Shown here: positions 46,404 to 55,661 of the stretch, piece after piece
Position numbering within the stretch: position 1 is the first letter of the stretch
Layout: each line of letters begins with the position of its first letter
From: a virus
Lineage: Duplodnaviria; Caudoviricetes
Direction: 5' to 3' (one strand)
Length of the DNA: 64,000 nt
IMG/VR virus record: IMGVR_UViG_3300047496_000334
Coordinates: 2,106-66,105 of that record
Made by a program: the position numbers and the translations under genes
Notes under the pieces: generated by a model
Told to the model about the DNA's origin: nothing
Seen by the model: only the letters and a program-made list of their open reading frames with translations
Databases searched by the model: none

Positions 46404-47148
46404 CCATGAATTCCTTGGCAGATTTCTTTGCCGCTATATAGGTTTCATCGGGTTCGGATTTGTCACCCATAACAGATTCCCAGTTACGCCATTCCTTATC
46501 CCACAGATCCTCATTGAGTCTAAACCAGTGATTGATTGGCCCCATGTCTGGCTCAGGCAAGCCTAATATTCCGCGTATTTTTTCAGCATGTGCAATACGC
46601 TCTGGACGCTTGGCAATAAAAAAATCCATCCAGAACCGCAAATCGCGCATACGCTTTGTCATTGGGTTTTTCTTTGCTATAAAACATGCAGCCTGAATGC
46701 CATAAATCGGCAAACCATGAACCAATGCAGATAATTCCTGCAGCCATGTATCGTCAAACCAGAATGGAAAATAATCTGTGTATAGCTGACCCGCGGCCGC
46801 CAGCCATTTGCGCGGGACGATAGGTATAACAGGGCCGATATTGGTGTTCCACCATACTACCCGCTCATCATCTTTGCTGTAAACATCTGCGATATGTAAA
46901 TCCCAGTGAGGGGTAATGCACACAGAGCGGTCAGTAACAAGCGCATAAATTTCTGACGGCTTAGCCTCATCTGCTATCGCATTCCAGATGGCGCCAAGGC
47001 TAGGGCGCAATTCATCGCTATGCAAAAACTCAATATCATTCTTACCGCTCGCCAACGCATCCAGAACGCTAAGGGCCGCCTGAAATCCAGTCGGGTTTCC
47101 GCGAGAAGCGCAAAGAACTGCTATCTTAAGTCGTCTTTTTTCTTCCAC
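46387..47148 (-). CDS. GT-A fold glycosyltransferase-like protein
   Basis: IAVLCASRGNP, WD, PIVPRKW....G, FPFWFDDTWL; resembles 54909-55661. Confidence 0.6.
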   Translation of the reverse strand: MEEKRRLKIAVLCASRGNPTGFQAALSVLDALASGKNDIEFLHSDELRPSLGAIWNAIADEAKPSEIYALVTDRSVCITPHWDLHIADVYSKDDERVVWWNTNIGPVIPIVPRKWLAAAGQLYTDYFPFWFDDTWLQELSALVHGLPIYGIQAACFIAKKNPMTKRMRDLRFWMDFFIAKRPERIAHAEKIRGILGLPEPDMGPINHWFRLNEDLWDKEWRNWESVMGDKSEPDETYIAAKKSAKEFMDAKSD

Positions 47149-48163
47149 TGCTCATTTCCCTGTCATTAAAGGCAATATAACGTTTTCCAGCAGATTCCCT
47201 ATTGGCTGCATACCACTCAATTGTCTCCTTAATGCCTTTTTCCAAATCATAAATCGGCTGATATCCATAATTTTGTGCACGGCTTATATCCATAAGGCGT
47301 CTTGCATCACCCTTTGGCTTATTTTTATCCCAAATAATCTCAACAGGACCGCCAGGCGCATTGCGCGCTACAATCTCCGCCACCTCTTTTATTGTCACCG
47401 GCTTTCCAGACGCAATATTAAGTGGTTTGGTTATACCCTGCTCAACAGCCATCATCATACCGCGCGCCACATCTTTCGCATGCACAAAATCACGTATTGC
47501 AGAGCCATCGCCCCATACAGTCAAAGGATTTTCCCCATTCACCACGCGCGCTATGAGTGATGGCAGCACCATGGCAGTGCTGGAATCAAACCAGTCATAT
47601 GGTCCGTATACATTAGCCGGTCGCACAATGGAGCATTTCCAATCATATTCTACCGCATAAGCATCTGCCTGCAATTCAGCCATGCGCTTTGCCCATCCCG
47701 CGAACCAGTCATTTGGCGATGGATTTCCTTTCCACATATCATCTTCATGAAAAACTTCTGCCGGAGGATAGACCCCAACAGTGCTGGTATGCAGATAATG
47801 CTTTACCCCGGCGCGCCGGGCCGCCTCCATCATATTGATAGAAGTCTGTATAGTTGGAACAAAAAAGGAGGCGGGATATTTTAATGTAGCAGATGGCGAT
47901 CCCTTGACCCCCACAAGATTAAAAACGATATCCATGCTTTTACACATATCCTCGCAGTTATTAAAGTAACGCAAATCACGGACAAAACTATCCCCCTCAC
48001 TGCCGCTTTTGTATCTAATCTTCATATCGGAATGAGAGCCATATTTATCCATCGAAATTATTCTCACTGAAGCCCCCTTATCAGCAAGCATTTCCACTAG
48101 CGGAGTTCCTATTAATCCGCTCCCCCCCGCAACCAAAACTTTTTTACCCCTATAGAAACTCAT
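47126..48163 (-). CDS. NAD(P)-dependent epimerase/reductase (GDP-fucose synthase/ColC-like)
   Basis: GGSGLIG, W.KR at the YxxxK position, RPANVYGPYD, WGDGS..RDF. Confidence 0.85.
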   Translation of the reverse strand: MSFYRGKKVLVAGGSGLIGTPLVEMLADKGASVRIISMDKYGSHSDMKIRYKSGSEGDSFVRDLRYFNNCEDMCKSMDIVFNLVGVKGSPSATLKYPASFFVPTIQTSINMMEAARRAGVKHYLHTSTVGVYPPAEVFHEDDMWKGNPSPNDWFAGWAKRMAELQADAYAVEYDWKCSIVRPANVYGPYDWFDSSTAMVLPSLIARVVNGENPLTVWGDGSAIRDFVHAKDVARGMMMAVEQGITKPLNIASGKPVTIKEVAEIVARNAPGGPVEIIWDKNKPKGDARRLMDISRAQNYGYQPIYDLEKGIKETIEWYAANRESAGKRYIAFNDREMSSGRKKTT

Positions 48164-49206
48164 ATACCCTCCTGAAGATGGTGAAAATCGCGCCTGTCGA
48201 ACTTGCCATAAAGATAATGTGCCGGATCTGAAAAAATTATGCCGGACCCTGCATTTTCAAACTTAAACGGAACCCAGAGAAGTTCTTTCAGCTCTTCAAG
48301 AATTCTGCCGTGATCTTCCAGTCGGGCAAAAATAAGAATAAATCCGCCGCCGCCCGCTCCTAATAATTTGCCGCCCTGCGCACCAGCTTTCAATGCGCGC
48401 TCATAAATGTCATCTACAAATGCAGGCGATATATTTTTAGCAAGTGTGCGTTTAATTTTCCACGATTCATGCAACAATTTTCCAAAATCATCAAGACTGC
48501 CGTTATGCAATAGCCTCAAAGCGTCATCCACCAGCGACTGCATCTCTTTAAGTTCAGCCTTTTTCTCTCCGCGCTCCTGAGATTTTATTTGTTCAGACGC
48601 AATATCAGAAGCTGTGCGGGAAACGCCTGTAAAAAAAAGAAGGCAGCGACGCTGTAGCTTATCAAGACGCGATGCGGGTAGCATTACCGGTTGCACGGAA
48701 AAATCACCATCTGGCGAAATGGTAGTCTTATTAAAGCCGCCATAAGAGGCTGCAATCTGATCCTGAATGCCGACATTCTCTTTTAAAACCTCTCGCTCAA
48801 TATAGATAGCCTCTTTAGCCAAATCATATTTATTCGTCATCCTGTCCTTCAACCCATGCAGAGCATTAAGCAGTCCCACTGTGAAGGTGGAACTTGAGCC
48901 AAGGCCTGACCGGGCAGGCAGATCGCCTGTATGATGAATTTCTACGCCATGATCGATATTAAGATGTTTAAGCACTTCACGAACTGAGGCGTGCTGAATA
49001 TCGCCGTGGCTAAGAACAGATTCAATTTGCGACCATACAATGCGGGATTTTTCAGGGAAAAAAGGAGGAAGATAGCGTACCGTTATATAGCAGTAATGAT
49101 TTATAGTCGTTGAAAGAACGCAGCCGCCATTTTCCTGATACCATGGGGCATAATCTGTGCCTCCTCCAAAAAAGGAAATACGGAATGGAGTCCTAGAAAT
49201 TATCAC
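48160..49206 (-). CDS. hddA: GHMP kinase, D-glycero-D-manno-heptose-7-phosphate kinase-like
   Basis: SRTPFRISFFGGGTD, DLPARSGLGSSS, G.QDQ.AA.YGG, GGKLLGAGGGGF; GTG start at 49206. Confidence 0.85.
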   Translation of the reverse strand: MIISRTPFRISFFGGGTDYAPWYQENGGCVLSTTINHYCYITVRYLPPFFPEKSRIVWSQIESVLSHGDIQHASVREVLKHLNIDHGVEIHHTGDLPARSGLGSSSTFTVGLLNALHGLKDRMTNKYDLAKEAIYIEREVLKENVGIQDQIAASYGGFNKTTISPDGDFSVQPVMLPASRLDKLQRRCLLFFTGVSRTASDIASEQIKSQERGEKKAELKEMQSLVDDALRLLHNGSLDDFGKLLHESWKIKRTLAKNISPAFVDDIYERALKAGAQGGKLLGAGGGGFILIFARLEDHGRILEELKELLWVPFKFENAGSGIIFSDPAHYLYGKFDRRDFHHLQEGI

Positions 49207-50125
49207 TATACCATCCCAAAGTTTTCTTGATACCATCAACCAATGATGTTTTTGGAGTCCACCCCAGATCAGATTCCGCCCGCTTGCAATCAAGCGATGT
49301 GCTGACCTGAATAGAGGGCTTGCTGGTATCGTAATTTATAGCAAGAGACTTGCCAGAGGCCACCACTATCTCCGTTACAATTTCCCTGATAGTAAAAGAC
49401 GTTCCATATCCGCAATTATACAGGCCAAATTTCGATTCCTGTTTATCAAGCGCACATTCTACAAAATCTACAAGGTCGTCAATATAACAAATGTCACGCG
49501 CTTCCGATCCATTGCCCCAGACATCAATATGATCCCCCGCCAGCTTCACCTTAGTTACAGTGGCTCCAAAAACATGGGCGCGGTCAAGCGCATATTTATC
49601 CCATGGGCCATAAAAATTGCTTCCGCGAATGGCCGTGAATTTTGTTTCGCCCTGATCCGCAAAAAAAGCTGCCATTTTTTCAAGATATAGTTTGGTACTT
49701 ACCATGCCGAAATAGCGTGAATTCGGATTAACAGGCGTTTCCTCGCTACAATGGCCGCCGCCATACATCGTCGAGCAACTGAACCAGATAACATGCTTCA
49801 CCTTACGCAGCATCGCCGCACGGAAAATGTAAGAATTCATCACCGCGTTGTCCGTAACATGCAGCCACGGGCGCTCAAAGGTGTCCTTGCACCCGGAAGT
49901 AACTGCCGCCGCCTGCACAACAATGTCCATGCCGTTAATCAGCGAATCCACCATAGCGTCATTGCAGGAATCAACATTGTACCATTCAATATGAGGATGG
50001 TCCCATGGCTGCCGCGTAAAAAAAGTAGCATAGACCTGATATTCAGGATTATCCGCAAAACGCTGTGCAATATTGCGACCTACAAAACCCGTTCCGCCAA
50101 ATATTAAAACCTTTTTCTTTTTCAT
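49193..50125 (-). CDS. second NAD(P)-dependent epimerase/reductase
   Basis: GGTGFVG, N.YGPWD, VWGNGSEARD. Confidence 0.85.
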   Translation of the reverse strand: MKKKKVLIFGGTGFVGRNIAQRFADNPEYQVYATFFTRQPWDHPHIEWYNVDSCNDAMVDSLINGMDIVVQAAAVTSGCKDTFERPWLHVTDNAVMNSYIFRAAMLRKVKHVIWFSCSTMYGGGHCSEETPVNPNSRYFGMVSTKLYLEKMAAFFADQGETKFTAIRGSNFYGPWDKYALDRAHVFGATVTKVKLAGDHIDVWGNGSEARDICYIDDLVDFVECALDKQESKFGLYNCGYGTSFTIREIVTEIVVASGKSLAINYDTSKPSIQVSTSLDCKRAESDLGWTPKTSLVDGIKKTLGWYSDNF

Positions 50126-50635
50126 TTAATAAACTTCCACTAAAATTGTTGATTCTTCGCAATCAAGTGCCGCCCTGTACTCCGGTAAAATCTGATCCGC
50201 TTTTTCGAGTTTTACCACTTTCACGGCAGATAGCATGGCACGCACAGCATCCGTATAATCACCAAGATGTTGAATGCCTGGATCAAGCGGGACAGGTGTC
50301 GCAATCGCGGTGCGGATGATGACCTTCGGCCTGTAATCGCTGAAAAGAGGTATTTTGTCCAGATGCTGCACAAGTTGCGACATGGCTTCCAGCATAAAAT
50401 TAATACGGGGAAAGATTGTGCACACTTTTCCGCCTGCCATCGCAATGCCTGTTGCCATGCCCATCTGCATATTTTCTGCGACAGGGATCTCCATGCGCTG
50501 ATTAATGGGAATGTCCGCAAGAGTTTTGCTCATAAATGTGCCATCGCAGGCCACGGCCTGCCCCATAAAAATATATCCATCATCGGCAAGAAGCTTCATT
50601 GCATCACATAATGCTTTCTCATATTCTGGTGTCAA
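50126..50635 (-). CDS. TPP-enzyme beta-like subunit (pyrimidine-binding domain only)
   Basis: F.GQ.V...G, E.PVAEN.Q.G.A.G.A..G, P..QH; 169 aa. Confidence 0.8.
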   Translation of the reverse strand: MTPEYEKALCDAMKLLADDGYIFMGQAVACDGTFMSKTLADIPINQRMEIPVAENMQMGMATGIAMAGGKVCTIFPRINFMLEAMSQLVQHLDKIPLFSDYRPKVIIRTAIATPVPLDPGIQHLGDYTDAVRAMLSAVKVVKLEKADQILPEYRAALDCEESTILVEVY

Positions 50636-51219
50636 AATTGAATTCGCCTCCCCGCGCCGCTATGGGGAAATGGCAAATCATATTTAAAATAATATTTCTC
50701 ACCCAGAGAATGGCAGAATGGCCGACCCCACACATCTGCTGTTTTAGTGCAAACACTTTTACCATTGTCTTCAATTACAATTTGCATGGGAAGCTTATTC
50801 CAATAAGCATAATTAGCACATTCATGCGCAAGTCCAGACATTCCCGCCATATCGCCAAGAAATAACCAAACCTTCTCACTTCCGCCACTTCGCTTAATCT
50901 GCCATGCCACCCCAAGCGCAATCGGACAACACCCTGCAAATATGGCGGAAGAAAAAAACCGGTGGTCCGGCCAGCATAACGTCATTGAGCGGCCAGCCAT
51001 AATAGCAATTTTGACCTTTTGAGCGGGTACGCCAGCCAGAAGCGCATGGTAATGAGAGCGCCAAGTAGAGAATACCCAATCACCTGGTTTAAAATCTTTA
51101 AAGATATTTATTAGTACATCCTCATTGTTTCCAGAAAGGTGAATGGGGGCTTTAATTTTTCCCGCGTTAAATTCTTCTGCTATGTCTTTTTCAAAGGCAA
51201 TCAGGTCTTTTTTATTCAT
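50632..51219 (-). CDS. TPP-enzyme alpha-like subunit (E1 dehydrogenase/transketolase family)
   Basis: PIHLS.N.E, TWRSHYH, GD.....G...E..N.A....LP...VIEDN TPP-binding motif, PH.GAG. Confidence 0.85.
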   Translation of the reverse strand: MNKKDLIAFEKDIAEEFNAGKIKAPIHLSGNNEDVLINIFKDFKPGDWVFSTWRSHYHALLAGVPAQKVKIAIMAGRSMTLCWPDHRFFSSAIFAGCCPIALGVAWQIKRSGGSEKVWLFLGDMAGMSGLAHECANYAYWNKLPMQIVIEDNGKSVCTKTADVWGRPFCHSLGEKYYFKYDLPFPHSGAGRRIQF

Positions 51220-51637
51220 ATGCCAACTTCCTTGCTACAGCCCATGCCATCTCTGTGCTGGATGCCCTTTTGCCGCCGCCGACATTGAACAATTCCGTTA
51301 TCCCTAAATCTTTGCACAATCCGGATTCAGAATTATTTTTAGTCTTGTCTGAGCGATCGCCGCCATTGGCAAAATAATCTGGCTTTATGGCACGTATCGC
51401 CTCGCACACCGAATCATCTTTATCGTCAACCGGCCATACTTCAGAAACAGAGCGCATCTCGCGCAGAATATCCGCGCGCTGCTTCCAGCCCATAAAGAAA
51501 AAATTCTTCTTGCGTATAAGCCAGTCATCAGAATTAAGTATAACGTAGACACGTCCATATTGCGCTGCTTCCCTGATATAATCCAGATGACCGGAATGAA
51601 CAGGATCGAACCCGCCGCTCACACATACTATTGCCAT
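51212..51637 (-). CDS. HxGH cytidylyl/adenylyltransferase
   Basis: SGGFDPVHSGH, LNSD.WL.RKK, FANGGDR, GG.K..SS. Confidence 0.85.
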   Translation of the reverse strand: MAIVCVSGGFDPVHSGHLDYIREAAQYGRVYVILNSDDWLIRKKNFFFMGWKQRADILREMRSVSEVWPVDDKDDSVCEAIRAIKPDYFANGGDRSDKTKNNSESGLCKDLGITELFNVGGGKRASSTEMAWAVARKLAYE

Positions 51638-52821
51638 GATGTCTCCGCCATGAAATCATCAAAACATTGTTCCACATACTCAACGGCAGTCTTGCCCATA
51701 TCCTGATGGCATCCAATGGCGAACCCATTACGCATTATCCTGTCGCAATTTTCAAGGCTGCCGTGAACCTCATGCCGGAACATTTTAAGCGCAGGCTGCC
51801 TTGCCATATTACCGGCAATAACAGGACGGGTTTCTACACCTTTTTTTTGCAAGAATGAGGTGATGGATTTTACAGTAAATTTGCAATTATCTTTAAGCAC
51901 AATTCCGAATCCGAACCAGCTACTATGGCCTAACTCAGTTTCTTCCTGAAATTGAAAAAATGCACTGTATTTATCCAGCGCATGGCGAAGCATCATCTGT
52001 GCATCGCGGCGCCTGTGCACAAAGCGGTCAAGTTTTGGCAATTGCTTCATACCAATAACCGCCTGCACCTCGGTAGGGCGAAGATTATAGCCGATATTGA
52101 CAAACAGAAAGCGCGGGTCGATATTACTGTGCTCCTGTTCATAAGCCTTGGGATTGTTTGATTCCCTTGACCAGCCATGCGCGCGCAAAATCCGCATCAG
52201 ATCGGCCATTTCATAACTATTGGTCAGGCAAATGCCACCCTCAAAAGTGGTGATGTGATGGGAAAAGTAAAAGCTCATAGTGTTGACAAGGCCAAAGCCT
52301 CCAACAAACTTATTATGATATTTAGCACCCATCGCTTCACAGCAGTCCTCAATGATAATAAGCCCGCGCCTGAGCGCAATCATGCGTATAGTATCCATGT
52401 CGCAGGGATTGCCGTACACATGCACCAGCATTATCGCTTTGGTTTTTGAAGTAATAGAATCTTCCAGCTTCTGAACATCGATATTGTAAGTTGCCAGATC
52501 GCAATCCACAAACACCGGAACCAGACCGCACTGGATAATAGGCCAGACCGTCGTGGCCCATGACAGGGCCGGAACAATTACATCATCGCCAGCCTTCAGA
52601 TTCCTGTTCCATGCCGGGTTAGTAATTGCTGCCAAGGCAAGTAAATTGGCAGAAGACCCCGAATTGCACATCACTGCGTATTTAACGCCAAAATACCTGG
52701 CGCATTGTTCCTCGAACTCGCGCACCTTTGGACCCATGGTCACGTGGGTCGTGCGCATCTGTTCGCAGGCAGCCTGAATTTCCTCTTCGCCAAACGTAGG
52801 TTCGTGGAGCCTTACCTTCAT
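51628..52821 (-). CDS. PLP-dependent DegT family, ColD-like 4-keto-6-deoxy sugar 3-dehydratase
   Basis: NSGSSANL, EDCCE, SFYFSHHITT.EGG (His where aminotransferases have Lys), GYNLRP. Confidence 0.8.
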   Translation of the reverse strand: MKVRLHEPTFGEEEIQAACEQMRTTHVTMGPKVREFEEQCARYFGVKYAVMCNSGSSANLLALAAITNPAWNRNLKAGDDVIVPALSWATTVWPIIQCGLVPVFVDCDLATYNIDVQKLEDSITSKTKAIMLVHVYGNPCDMDTIRMIALRRGLIIIEDCCEAMGAKYHNKFVGGFGLVNTMSFYFSHHITTFEGGICLTNSYEMADLMRILRAHGWSRESNNPKAYEQEHSNIDPRFLFVNIGYNLRPTEVQAVIGMKQLPKLDRFVHRRRDAQMMLRHALDKYSAFFQFQEETELGHSSWFGFGIVLKDNCKFTVKSITSFLQKKGVETRPVIAGNMARQPALKMFRHEVHGSLENCDRIMRNGFAIGCHQDMGKTAVEYVEQCFDDFMAETSWQ

Positions 52822-53837
52822 CGCGTTAAAAACCTTTCACCACTCATGGCTCTTTTCCTCCAGTATTCCAATAAATCTTGCATTGTTTGAGTAAAATGTA
52901 TTTCAGGCTTCCATCCTGTGTGATGAACAAATTTTTCAACGCATGGCACCTGATTGTCTGCATCAATGGGGCGTAGCCTATCTTTATCGACTTCAAATCT
53001 TAATGGAAGTCTTGCAAATCGCTTAGCAGATAATGATGTAAGATACTGTAGCATTTCTTCGATAGAGCAAGTGTAGTTTCCACCAATATTATACACTTCT
53101 CCGGCTTTTGGATTGACAGTAAGAAGCATATGATAAGCACGAACAGCATCACGCACGTCTGCATAAGTGCGTGTAGAATAAAGATTGCCCCCTTTTATGA
53201 CCGGATCAATTTGTCCAGATTCAATCATGGCAATCTGCTTGGCAAAGGAAGATTCGGCAAAGACATCGCCGCGACGGGGGCCGGTATGGGTAAACATACG
53301 CGTGACCATCACCGTCATGCCATACGCCTCAGCGTAATGACGGCCAATGAGGTCTGTTCCTACTTTAGAAATGGCGTAAGGACTGGCAGGATGAAAGTTG
53401 CAATCTTCCATTATCGGAGTCTTTTCCTTCGGAACTCTACCATACACTTCCGATGAACTGCACACATGGATAATCGCATCTTTTTTATACTGTCTCAGCG
53501 CTTCGAGAACGCGGTGCGTGCCGTTAATGTTAGTATCATACGTATCAAGTGCAGACGTGAAACTCGTTTTGGGATAACTCTGCGCAGCCAGATGGAATAC
53601 ATAATCAGGCTGAGAAGCCTTGACCACTTCGTTAATGGAATCCGAGTCGCGTAATTCACCGTAGACGAGTTTAATTCGTCCACCACTATTAATTTCGGGC
53701 AAAAGGTGCGAGATGTTGTCAAGGGGACTTCTCCATCTGCAGAGTCCATAAATATCCCAATCGGTGTGCTCTAAGAGGTAATCGGCTAAGTGGCTGCCGA
53801 CAAAGCCAGTGATGCCCGTAATTAAGCAGCGCGTCAT
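52818..53837 (-). CDS. GDP-sugar 4,6-dehydratase, WcbK/DmhA (heptose-type)-like
   Basis: LITGITGFVGSHLAD.LLE.TDW.IYGLCRWRSPLDN, LAAQSYPKTSF, YAISK, RMFTHTGPRRGDVF. Confidence 0.88.
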   Translation of the reverse strand: MTRCLITGITGFVGSHLADYLLEHTDWDIYGLCRWRSPLDNISHLLPEINSGGRIKLVYGELRDSDSINEVVKASQPDYVFHLAAQSYPKTSFTSALDTYDTNINGTHRVLEALRQYKKDAIIHVCSSSEVYGRVPKEKTPIMEDCNFHPASPYAISKVGTDLIGRHYAEAYGMTVMVTRMFTHTGPRRGDVFAESSFAKQIAMIESGQIDPVIKGGNLYSTRTYADVRDAVRAYHMLLTVNPKAGEVYNIGGNYTCSIEEMLQYLTSLSAKRFARLPLRFEVDKDRLRPIDADNQVPCVEKFVHHTGWKPEIHFTQTMQDLLEYWRKRAMSGERFLTR

Positions 53838-53992
53838 TTCCGCACCTCAGTAACCTGCGCCAAAAAGTCTTTCTGCTCCTGCGGCGTCAGAAGTTTACCC
53901 GTCCATATATTCCAGAGCAGCGTTGCAAAGACCAGCATGAGAACAAAAGTGGCGGAATTAAAGATGATAATCGCCGTCCTGATATGATTCAT
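53834..53992 (-). CDS. small membrane protein
   Basis: 52 aa with one TM (AIIIFNSATFVLMLVFATLLWNIW), ATGA coupled, read manually. Confidence 0.5.
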   Translation of the reverse strand: MNHIRTAIIIFNSATFVLMLVFATLLWNIWTGKLLTPQEQKDFLAQVTEVRK

Positions 53993-54012
53993 ATATTCAC
54001 CACTTTGCCCGA

Positions 54013-54912
54013 TTATTGTATATACAACTTCCGCTTCAGAAAATCAACCGTCATTTTACCGTTGTTCCGCGCTTCCTGAACTTCATCCATTAATTTGTCA
54101 AAAACAGGTTTTTCGGCGGTATAGTGATAAAATCCACCTTCGCCAATCCACACATCAACGCCGTTATGGTGGTATACCCATGCGCGCGGGCACAGGCGCA
54201 TCTTTCCACCCATGGCTTCTGCCATGTAGTAAAGGAATGATTCGGTAAAGCAGTTTCTGAATAAATCCATGTAGCCGCCATATTCCAGAAAGAAGTCATA
54301 ACGGAAGATAATGGCGTAAGCGTTCAGGCAGGGGGCGCGCGCCGCAGCCATACCAACACAATCCATGTAATCAGCGGGATCTATTAAGTCCCTGTTGTCC
54401 GGCCCTGCCGCCACCTGTATGGGGATAGCCATGTCGCCGCGATTGACCGTTGGAAAGAGAATCTGCAGTTTGGGGTCTTTTTCAAATTCCTTAACGGCCT
54501 CTGCCACCCAGTCCATCGGCCAGATGATATCGGATGACGTATAAACAATATACCGGGTGTCTCCCGCGGCGTAACGGCGGAGAATATCATTCATCAGTTC
54601 CCATTGAGACATTTTATCAGGATAAAAACAAAGTTCATAACCGCCCGCATTTTTATGGTGCCGCGCTAACGTGGAGCGCACAATGTCAGAAGATTTTGCA
54701 TCGCCAACGACCAGCTGAATGTCAGGGCGCGAACCAATGATCGAATCAATCGCGTCCATATAAACATAAGGCCTGGTCCTGCTTCCCTCTCCCAGTGTGT
54801 TGATGCGATCAGATATCTGCTGAAGCGTAAGTCTGTCAGGCGGCCTTCCGTTTGAGGGCTCTTCTGCAGCATCAGGAGCATAGGTTGGCATGAATGCTAA
54901 TATTTTACTCAC
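54013..54912 (-). CDS. GT2-like glycosyltransferase
   Basis: AFMPTY, VVGD..S, YIVYTSSD, GGY...F.....E, V.H; GTG start coupled to upstream stop. Confidence 0.7.
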   Translation of the reverse strand: MSKILAFMPTYAPDAAEEPSNGRPPDRLTLQQISDRINTLGEGSRTRPYVYMDAIDSIIGSRPDIQLVVGDAKSSDIVRSTLARHHKNAGGYELCFYPDKMSQWELMNDILRRYAAGDTRYIVYTSSDIIWPMDWVAEAVKEFEKDPKLQILFPTVNRGDMAIPIQVAAGPDNRDLIDPADYMDCVGMAAARAPCLNAYAIIFRYDFFLEYGGYMDLFRNCFTESFLYYMAEAMGGKMRLCPRAWVYHHNGVDVWIGEGGFYHYTAEKPVFDKLMDEVQEARNNGKMTVDFLKRKLYIQ

Positions 54913-55661
54913 CTGTTCCCCCTTATGGCCAGAGCCAGCGCTCCGGAATTCATCCATGCCATGTTCTGCATATGATCGCTGAACAGCGCAGATTCCATAC
55001 GGCGAATCTGCCATTTCCTTGTCCCGTTCCACCGCTCGTCATCTCCCTGTTCATCGGGGCCGCGTTTTATATCCAGCGGGCAAAAGGTGCGGTACTCCGC
55101 TTTATTTATTTTAAATCCGCGCTCCAGGTTATAACACAACAGCCCCGTCCATCCGTCCGTATTAAAACTATAGCCGAATCCGGCGACAGATATCCATTCG
55201 CGGTTCCATGCCGGATAGGTATCCACATGCCCTATACATGAACCATTCGACAGGGTTGCCGTATCGATGTCAGACACGGTATTGATAATATGCGGCCATC
55301 CCTTGTGTCTGACCGCTATGTTCAGAAGTTTTTCATCCCACCCTTTCGTGCCGATAATGGCGTCATCCGACATCACCATAAATAATCCGGACTCCTGCGA
55401 TGCCTCACGCATTAAATCCATGTATGCCTTATGCAGGTCAGCATATCCTCCCGCGCGCGGCGTAACTATCGTTTTTACTGAAACAGGGTAATCAATTCCG
55501 CCCCTGGCGAGCGGGTGATCCTTATCATCATCGTCCGTCTTAACCAGTATTTCAATACTGCGTGGACAGGATGAATTCTCAAGCAGCGAATCCATAAATT
55601 CCATAAACTTCATGTTAAGATTCCCCCTGAGTCTGCTGGCCATGAGAACAGATAATTTCAT
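54909..55661 (-). CDS. GT-A fold glycosyltransferase-like protein
   Basis: LSVLMASR, EILVK.DDDD, MSDD......GWD, D.W. Confidence 0.7.
   Translation of the reverse strand: MKLSVLMASRLRGNLNMKFMEFMDSLLENSSCPRSIEILVKTDDDDKDHPLARGGIDYPVSVKTIVTPRAGGYADLHKAYMDLMREASQESGLFMVMSDDAIIGTKGWDEKLLNIAVRHKGWPHIINTVSDIDTATLSNGSCIGHVDTYPAWNREWISVAGFGYSFNTDGWTGLLCYNLERGFKINKAEYRTFCPLDIKRGPDEQGDDERWNGTRKWQIRRMESALFSDHMQNMAWMNSGALALAIRGNR

Noticed and set aside
50126-51219. Pyruvate dehydrogenase auxiliary metabolic genes
   Set aside because: Both subunits are much shorter than PDH E1, there is no E2/E3, and they sit among NDP-sugar enzymes
51628-52821. Perosamine-type aminotransferase
   Set aside because: The catalytic Lys position reads His (FSHH), which fits 3-dehydratases better
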